Assembly (NCBI GenBank): GCA_045632625.1 | Contig: JAZQWZ010000032.1 | Location: 1 to 59,497 of the forward strand | Source: Candidatus Scatosoma sp. | GTDB taxonomy: Bacteria; Bacillota; Clostridia; Christensenellales; Borkfalkiaceae | DNA length: 59,497 nucleotides | Direction: 5' to 3' | Part shown: positions 53,313-59,497 of the stretch, piece by piece | How positions within the stretch are numbered: position 1 is the stretch's first letter | How the letters are laid out: every line of letters begins with the position of its first letter | Notes under the pieces: model-generated | The model's database searches: none | Told to the model about the DNA's origin: nothing | The model's input: the letters and a program-made list of their open reading frames with translations, nothing else | Program-made: the position numbers and the translations under genes

Positions 53313-56300
53313 TTACCTGCTTAAAAGTGAAAATGTTCCATATGCTACGTATTCTAAAATGAAAGTATACAATAGCGTTTCATTTGGTTTAAACGCACTT
53401 ACTCCTGCCTTTGATAATAAGCTTCTTTCATTTTTAATTTGAGCAATTAAAGCCCTAGTAGGTTTCCCTTGAGCACTCCTTTCCTTAAAAAGATTTATTT
53501 TTGACTTCAAGGTAAGATTTTTTCCATATTGTGCGCCACCTCCGGTAAGAGCTCCAAATGCAGCTCCGATGGCCCCAGAGATAATCGCGTCACCCCATTG
53601 AATTCCATTGCCACTCTCGATATCATGAGCAACACTGCTAGCAAAACCTGTAAGCCCCCCAGCAACTGTCATACCAAGAACACCTAAAGCCGTTCCGCCA
53701 AAAGCACCTGTAAGAGCTCCGAAAGACATATCTATTACTAGTTCCGCAAAATTAATGGTCCCTGTTGCCATTACTTGTGTCACTACAGACATAGCACCAC
53801 TTGTGACTGCTCCAATACCAGCCCCCACTAAAACGGGTAACGCAGCTCCTCCTGTCGCAACAGTAACAAGTGCAACTATAGCAACGGCTGCAACAGCTCC
53901 TAACAACCAATGCCACCATGCATTGCCGTTCGGGTCAACCGCCATTACGGGATTATTCCCGCAGTATGCATAAAGATTCAAGCCGTTAATGGTTTCAGGA
54001 TTGAGATATTCAATTCCGTCAATCGTTATAAATCTACCGAGCTCAGGGTCATAATATCTTGTATTCAAGTAATACAACTCAGTATCAGTGTCGTAGTAGT
54101 ACGAACGATATCTAAACGGGTTTAATGCTGCAAGAGTAGCACGAGTAGAATCAAGCACTTCTTCTGCATGATTACCCCACGCATCGTATGTATATTTTAC
54201 CACAATTTTACCAGTTGTGTCAAGTATTGCTACTACGTCGCCTTGAACATTTTTTCTGTAAACGAAAGTTTCATTGTTATATTTTACACCTGCAACTCCT
54301 GTATTGTCGTAGAAGAATTCAAGACCATTGCTTTGTTTCACAACTCTGCCGTTTCCATCATAGATAAAGCTAACACCATCTTTCGTTAAACGTCTGCCTT
54401 GCGCATCATAAGTAAAGCTATGCCCATCAAACGCAGTAAGCAATCTGCCTCTTGCCCAACTTGCACCTTTCCCACGGTACGTTGTGGGATTACCAATTTC
54501 ATCATAGACAAACATTTCATCGTTATAACCTTTCAACTGATCGCCGACATACGCGTAACGATTAATCGTAAACGTATTTTCTTCGATATCCGTTTTTAAG
54601 GTAAAGGATGTTTCTTTTTTAACGAGCAGATTACCGTTATTATCATACGAATACAGCCAAGTTTTACCGAAACGTTTATTATCTTCTCTAATAAGTCGAT
54701 TTAATTTATCATACGCATATTGGGCAACAATATCACCATTTTCGTAAACTTTAGAAATATTGCCCATTTCATCATAAGCATATTTGAGATGTTCGTTTAA
54801 GATGTAATTACCATTCTTAACAGCCCCAAAATATATGCTTGCAGGCATATGTGTCGCATGGTCTCCCACTTTGCGATATACGATATTTTCTTCCGCAATC
54901 TTCGTATCATTTACTAAAATTTCCTTACCCTTATGTCTGCCAAGACAATCTAGCTGAGGCTTGAATTTGACGCCACTAACAGAAATAGACTTAAGTTCAC
55001 GACTAGCCGTATCATCATTATACTCATACGAGTAGTTCATTCCCGTATTTTGAATTTGTGTCAAAACACGTCCAAAATCGTCATAAGCAAATGTTTCTTT
55101 TTGTGTCACGATACTTCCGGTTGTTTCAGTATATTCTAAAATTCTATCCAATGCATCATAACTATATCCCAACGAACGAATAGAAACGTTGTTCCCTTTT
55201 TCTACTATTGCAGTCAATCTATCCGTCGCATCATAAGAATATACCAATGACGTTCCATCACTCAACGACTTAGAGAGAACATTGCCTCGCTTATCTGAAC
55301 GGATCGTAACAGATTCTTTCTTAGCATTAGTAACTTTTACTTCATCGTATTCTCGCAAACAAGTTTCATCGCAAACAACATTATATTCTTTCCCAATATA
55401 GTTATTAACGCCATTGAAAGAAATACTTTCTTTGCGTTTTTTGAAACCATTTGTATAATCAAACAAATACTGAATTCTATTGTTTCCACTACGAACTTCC
55501 GTAAGTACTCCATTTTGATAAATTTTCTGCGTGGAGTTTTCTTCCCCCTCTTCCGTACTATGGGAAATTGCCGTAACGCTATCATCATAATCATGCCCAT
55601 ATGCAAATTTACTACCATTGGGAAGAACTTCTTCGCGAACGATATTTGCCCCATCCGTATACAAAAGTTGAGTTTTATTGTTTCCTGTAGCATCAAACTC
55701 AAAAGAAACTTTACCTTTTTCGTCATATTGAGTTTCGGTATACAACTTACTGCTCGCATCAAGTGAATTATACGTAAACGATTTGATAACATTCCCTTTA
55801 TCATCGTAAACGATTTCTTCAATCGTTTTACCCGTCGTGTATTCTTCGCCTTCCACGTAACTTTCCGTTCTAATTACGTCGCCGTATGCGTTATAATTGT
55901 ATTTCTTATACGAAACAACCGTTTTTGCAGGGTTGCTGTACGTGATTTCCGTTCTTGTTTCCATCAATCTCTGATGATCGTCGTACGTATAATCCACCGC
56001 TGTAATTGCAGTGTTCGTGCTGTCGGCGCTCATTTGGATGGCGCTCGTTTGCGTGCGCACGGCATTGTTAAATTGGTTCAGCGTCGTTCTTTCGCTGTCC
56101 CCTTCTTCAAAGACGTAGCTATCCAGCCCATATTTATGCAACGATGATTTCTTGGCTTGTCTCGTAACGCTTCTCGGATTATCCTGCGGCATGTTACCGT
56201 TCCAATAGCTTTGGTATTCGTAACGCTCCGCTTTCGTTACAACTCCGTTTTCTTCCAAATAATATTCGGTCAGGCTCTTATTCAAACCAAAAACATATCT

Positions 56301-57503
56301 TTCTCGATATTTATCCGTTGTTACTAAAACATAATCCATTCCTTGATGTTCGTTTTTTACAAACTCAAAATTATATCGAGACAAAATACCAGATTCAAAC
56401 GTTGCGTCCGTTGGCATTTCGTCCAGCTTTACAACGTTTACCAACGATTCATTGACAATAGAAAGCGTATTGTTTGTTTGCGTTAGCGTGCTCTTTAATT
56501 GCTGCTTTTTTTCCGTTACAATGCAAATGTTGCCGCTTGCGTCATAAGTCAATTCTAAATGTATACCATTGTCGTCTTTGATTTCCGTAAGCCAGCCATT
56601 GTCATCGTACGTATAACGAATTTGACGGCCGTTTACGTCCTGTATTGCAGAAAGCTTATCCGCACGGTTATAGAAAAATAAAATGCAATTTTTATGATTG
56701 TCGTATACTTGTTTAATTCTTGTTTTTGTAAGATTGTTCACGTCGTATCTTTCATGTTCGATTACAACGTAATTTCCGTATCTATCATATAACTTTACAA
56801 GTTGACCGTATTTATTGTACCCCTTAATCGTTTTTTCATTTGTTAAGAAATTGATAGGAGTTTGCAGTTGGCATTGATCAAACGTTTCTTTAGCGTTGAC
56901 ATATTCTTTATACGTGCGCTCTATTTGTGATAAATAATCGTTTGATTTATTTCTAATATCTTCCATTTGCATAGAAATAATTTCTTTGCCTGAAGAGTCT
57001 GTTGCGTGAACATATTGTGCGTTTAATATTTCATACGTATCGCTTTCCGCTTTTGTCATTAGATAATAAGCTTGCGTATCATTTAGAAAATTCTTAAAGG
57101 CATTATTCGTCGAAAGATATTCACTTAAATATATTTTAGAATTTCCGCTGTAAGAAACGGCAACGTAATTGCTTAAACTTGCTTTGTAGTTCTCGTACTG
57201 TTCCCAATATTGTCTTTCTTCATCACTTCTATCTTCAAAATATTCGCTATGAATATAATCTTCAATTTTCGTGATTGCCTTTAACCCTGTAAGCGATTTA
57301 CATTCGCGAAAAACTTCTTTCCCCTCGTACATAAATCTCCCACTCGTTTCAACAACAATCTGATTTTTGTCCGCAATAATGTAGTTTTTGTTTCCTTTAT
57401 CGTCCAAGTAATAATGGTATTCTTTAAATCCATATACATTGCCCATTGCATCCGTATATTGATAAGTTCCATTATTATTTTTAAATTGTTCATGTAAATT
57501 CAA
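53313..57503 (-). CDS. RHS/YD-repeat protein with glycine-zipper-rich hydrophobic C-terminal domain
   Basis: There are many YD repeats. The core end is ..YCGNNPVMAVDPNGNAWW.., followed by a ~240-aa tail rich in GxxxG/A runs. There is no N-terminal signal peptide. The start is uncertain: TTG at 57503 overlapping the upstream stop, or ATG at 57446. Confidence 0.8.
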   Translation of the reverse strand: MNLHEQFKNNNGTYQYTDAMGNVYGFKEYHYYLDDKGNKNYIIADKNQIVVETSGRFMYEGKEVFRECKSLTGLKAITKIEDYIHSEYFEDRSDEERQYWEQYENYKASLSNYVAVSYSGNSKIYLSEYLSTNNAFKNFLNDTQAYYLMTKAESDTYEILNAQYVHATDSSGKEIISMQMEDIRNKSNDYLSQIERTYKEYVNAKETFDQCQLQTPINFLTNEKTIKGYNKYGQLVKLYDRYGNYVVIEHERYDVNNLTKTRIKQVYDNHKNCILFFYNRADKLSAIQDVNGRQIRYTYDDNGWLTEIKDDNGIHLELTYDASGNICIVTEKKQQLKSTLTQTNNTLSIVNESLVNVVKLDEMPTDATFESGILSRYNFEFVKNEHQGMDYVLVTTDKYRERYVFGLNKSLTEYYLEENGVVTKAERYEYQSYWNGNMPQDNPRSVTRQAKKSSLHKYGLDSYVFEEGDSERTTLNQFNNAVRTQTSAIQMSADSTNTAITAVDYTYDDHQRLMETRTEITYSNPAKTVVSYKKYNYNAYGDVIRTESYVEGEEYTTGKTIEEIVYDDKGNVIKSFTYNSLDASSKLYTETQYDEKGKVSFEFDATGNNKTQLLYTDGANIVREEVLPNGSKFAYGHDYDDSVTAISHSTEEGEENSTQKIYQNGVLTEVRSGNNRIQYLFDYTNGFKKRKESISFNGVNNYIGKEYNVVCDETCLREYDEVKVTNAKKESVTIRSDKRGNVLSKSLSDGTSLVYSYDATDRLTAIVEKGNNVSIRSLGYSYDALDRILEYTETTGSIVTQKETFAYDDFGRVLTQIQNTGMNYSYEYNDDTASRELKSISVSGVKFKPQLDCLGRHKGKEILVNDTKIAEENIVYRKVGDHATHMPASIYFGAVKNGNYILNEHLKYAYDEMGNISKVYENGDIVAQYAYDKLNRLIREDNKRFGKTWLYSYDNNGNLLVKKETSFTLKTDIEENTFTINRYAYVGDQLKGYNDEMFVYDEIGNPTTYRGKGASWARGRLLTAFDGHSFTYDAQGRRLTKDGVSFIYDGNGRVVKQSNGLEFFYDNTGVAGVKYNNETFVYRKNVQGDVVAILDTTGKIVVKYTYDAWGNHAEEVLDSTRATLAALNPFRYRSYYYDTDTELYYLNTRYYDPELGRFITIDGIEYLNPETINGLNLYAYCGNNPVMAVDPNGNAWWHWLLGAVAAVAIVALVTVATGGAALPVLVGAGIGAVTSGAMSVVTQVMATGTINFAELVIDMSFGALTGAFGGTALGVLGMTVAGGLTGFASSVAHDIESGNGIQWGDAIISGAIGAAFGALTGGGAQYGKNLTLKSKINLFKERSAQGKPTRALIAQIKNERSLLSKAGVSAFKPNETLLYTFILEYVAYGTFSLLSR

Positions 57504-57904
57504 TCTGAAATTTTTACCGACATGTAAATTTTCCGAATAATTTTATTGTTTAAAATTTCCTCTTTTGTAACAGCTCCAGCTTCTATTAAAAGCTCATATA
57601 CCTTTTCTTCTATTCTTCTTTTTAGTCGATAGTATCCACTTTCTGTCACAGGAAGTTCCGCCAACAGAGTCTTATCTTTTTTACCTCTAAAATATCTCTC
57701 TTGTATAATTCCCGTTACCACGACGTCCTTTTCAGATTCCATAATTGCAGCCAAATATGATTCTATTTGAAAAAAACAAGGTGGAATATTAATATTCTTT
57801 TTTCTGCCATAAATTTCAATGCTTATGCGCCCAACTTGTTCTATCTGCTTTTCCTTTATTTTTGAAAAGATTTGTAAAAAAAATTTAAATTCTTTTTTTG
57901 TCAT
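57500..57904 (-). CDS. Small sigma-70-region-4-like / ArpU-RinA-type transcriptional regulator
   Basis: ..IIQERYFRGKKDKTLLAELPVTESGYYRLKRRIEEKVYELL.. is an HTH pattern. The start is trimmed to MTKKEFKFF (ATG 57904). An extended -10 (TGATATAAT) lies upstream. Confidence 0.45.
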   Translation of the reverse strand: MTKKEFKFFLQIFSKIKEKQIEQVGRISIEIYGRKKNINIPPCFFQIESYLAAIMESEKDVVVTGIIQERYFRGKKDKTLLAELPVTESGYYRLKRRIEEKVYELLIEAGAVTKEEILNNKIIRKIYMSVKISD

Positions 57905-58080
57905 ATTCCCAACCAAATAGGCGTGCCCTTGCTCGTATTTTTGTTTTTCACTATTATATCATACTTTTTATCTATTTTACTATCAAATTTTTCTGCAATT
58001 TTAATATTTGCGTCCCCTAAAAAGTAAAAGAGGGATTTTTAATGAATAAAAGCCCCCTTCTCTTTTTATATATTCAATTG

Positions 58081-58524
58081 TTAATTAAGAAACTTGGTAA
58101 TTTCTTCTACTATTTTTAGCCTTTGCTTTTTTGAAAACGCCGACAAATACAAGATTTTTTCATCTCCGTGCTTCATTTTTAGTAAAAGATGTTTCCCCTC
58201 AAGACAACAAGCCATTACCTCATCCAAAAAAATTGTTGAAAAGGTTAACATCAGGTTCCATTGTTTTTTTCCATTAATATACATACGTTCATCACAAATA
58301 TTATTTGTTTTTATCGTTCTCGTGCCGTTATCAATATAAACATTCGGCCCCATCCCTGTAACAATAAAGAATATTGTACAAACAGGAATTATTCCAATCA
58401 AAACATATATTAATAAAAATGATTCAGTAAAACCATAATATATTATTAAAAATATATCTAGAATTGCGAAAAAAACAGCCAGCAAAAATAGTATTAAATT
58501 ATATTTTATGCCATAAAACTTCAT
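58081..58524 (-). CDS. Small membrane protein, probable immunity protein for the RHS toxin ending at 58534
   Basis: 147 aa with two N-terminal hydrophobic helices. The start lies 9 nt after the RHS stop. Confidence 0.5.
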   Translation of the reverse strand: MKFYGIKYNLILFLLAVFFAILDIFLIIYYGFTESFLLIYVLIGIIPVCTIFFIVTGMGPNVYIDNGTRTIKTNNICDERMYINGKKQWNLMLTFSTIFLDEVMACCLEGKHLLLKMKHGDEKILYLSAFSKKQRLKIVEEITKFLN

Positions 58525-58533
58525 TTATCATCT

Positions 58534-59497
58534 CTAACCAAATATCAGATTTAATAGTCCATCTTGCAAAAAATCAAGCATATCATCAAGAACCCATGAA
58601 ACAACCAAACCCACACCTGCACCGATAATATATCCTAGAAATGTTCCTACGCCTGGGATTGGAATAATAGTTCCCAATGCAGCACCCAATATTCCTCCTA
58701 CATTAGCGCCAACGACACCACCAATCCATGCTGATAAATAACCTTTACCAAATGATAATACGCCATCCAATACAGCTTCGTCCCACGAATTACCTTCTTG
58801 AAGATTATTGTAAAAGGTGACAACACCATCTAAAACAGCAAAAGCCGTACCGACTTTCCTTACCCAAGTTGCACTTGGCAATTTTCCTAAAGCTTTAGAT
58901 GGATTAACCTCCAATAATCTCATTTCATTTATAAAGTTAAGATTATTAAAGAAATACTTTCCGACCATCACTGAATGGGCAACAGCAGAAAATACATCAT
59001 TGCTTTTAGAAATATACTTTGTCCACTCTGGCAGGGCCGGCAATGAAAATTGCGATAATCCGCTATTCCTTATATTCCTTTGTTCATTGATTCTTAAATG
59101 AGGAGTAATTGTCTCATCAAGGCCGCCACCAACATTTGAACTACTATATGCAACGCTAACGGGATTATTCGCACAGTACGTATACAAATTCAAACCGTTA
59201 AGTGCCATTGGATTAATAGAACCAATATCATCCGCATTGACAAATCTACCGATTCTCGGATCGTAATATCGGCTGTTGAGATAGTACAAGCCCGTTTCCA
59301 CGTCAAAGTAGTACCCACGGTATCTGAACGGATTGATATTCCCAATGAACGTCTCGCTCGTATTTTCCACGCCGCTTGCATCGCATACCTTATGGTTGCC
59401 CCACGCGTCATAGAAATATTGCGCCTGTAAAACGCCGCTTGCATTATAAATACGTACCACGTCACCTTGCAGGTTCTTTTGGAAATAATACTTACTT
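58534..59497 (-). CDS. 3' part of an RHS/YD-repeat toxin gene that continues beyond the window
   Basis: The frame is open to the window edge (..SKYYFQKNLQGDVVRIYNASG..YDAWGNH..RYYDPRIGRFVNAD..YCANNPV). A divergent C-terminal domain follows and ends in a glycine-zipper hydrophobic segment. Confidence 0.8.
   Translation of the reverse strand, partial: SKYYFQKNLQGDVVRIYNASGVLQAQYFYDAWGNHKVCDASGVENTSETFIGNINPFRYRGYYFDVETGLYYLNSRYYDPRIGRFVNADDIGSINPMALNGLNLYTYCANNPVSVAYSSSNVGGGLDETITPHLRINEQRNIRNSGLSQFSLPALPEWTKYISKSNDVFSAVAHSVMVGKYFFNNLNFINEMRLLEVNPSKALGKLPSATWVRKVGTAFAVLDGVVTFYNNLQEGNSWDEAVLDGVLSFGKGYLSAWIGGVVGANVGGILGAALGTIIPIPGVGTFLGYIIGAGVGLVVSWVLDDMLDFLQDGLLNLIFG

Overview
This 59.5-kb window looks like chromosome from a spore-forming Firmicutes/Clostridia-type organism, based on spmA-spmB and strong GGAGG-type ribosome-binding sites. 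All family calls come from reading motifs by eye; no searches or folding programs were run. The window has three parts. (1) 1-7.9 kb is a housekeeping block. On the minus strand it runs metG, tatD, a TatD-linked radical SAM gene, rsmA and an ABC exporter, with spmAB divergent from it. (2) About 8.0-49.5 kb is a visibly more AT-rich, mosaic accessory region. It starts with an ORF-free scar zone (8.0-9.2 kb) holding an AraC fragment and ~205-bp tandem units. Three copies of a pseudo-tRNA-like att block (a 23-nt tRNA-3'-end-like motif, N22, then a 15-nt palindromic core) sit at 9.1, 26.1 and 37.8 kb and divide the region into segments. Segment A (9.2-26.0 kb) carries an ABC-type ATPase plus Toprim-like pair, a tyrosine integrase, small phage/satellite-like genes, a serine recombinase and a 1,894-aa LRR surface lipoprotein. 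Segment B (26.1-37.7 kb) is an ~11.5-kb integrative element. It has an HUH rolling-circle Rep, iterons, an XRE repressor, a HEPN protein, a sigma-like factor and an integrase. It also has an unusual three-gene module: an HTH-C5-methyltransferase, a degenerate double-LAGLIDADG protein and a PD-(D/E)xK nuclease. Segment C (37.9-49.4 kb) carries a KAP/YobI-type transmembrane P-loop NTPase, a DUF234-type ATPase and an 11-gene one-directional small-ORF module. That module includes PcfJ-like and stand-alone MutS-domain-I proteins and is preceded by a conserved long-hairpin element, which also occurs upstream of the sigma-like gene in segment B. (3) 49.4-59.5 kb is an array of RHS/YD-repeat toxin genes with cognate small immunity-like genes. 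It includes a 55-aa RHS scrap, a 5'-truncated orphan cassette, a 1,396-aa RHS gene and the 3' end of a further RHS gene that runs off the window. I recognised no rRNA, intact tRNA or CRISPR array. The best candidates for something undescribed are the methyltransferase/LAGLIDADG-like/PD-ExK operon (31.9-35.2 kb), the covarying long-hairpin elements (35.35 and 43.38 kb), the clamp-motif plus MutS-domain-I protein (46.3-47.4 kb) and the pseudo-tRNA att scaffold.
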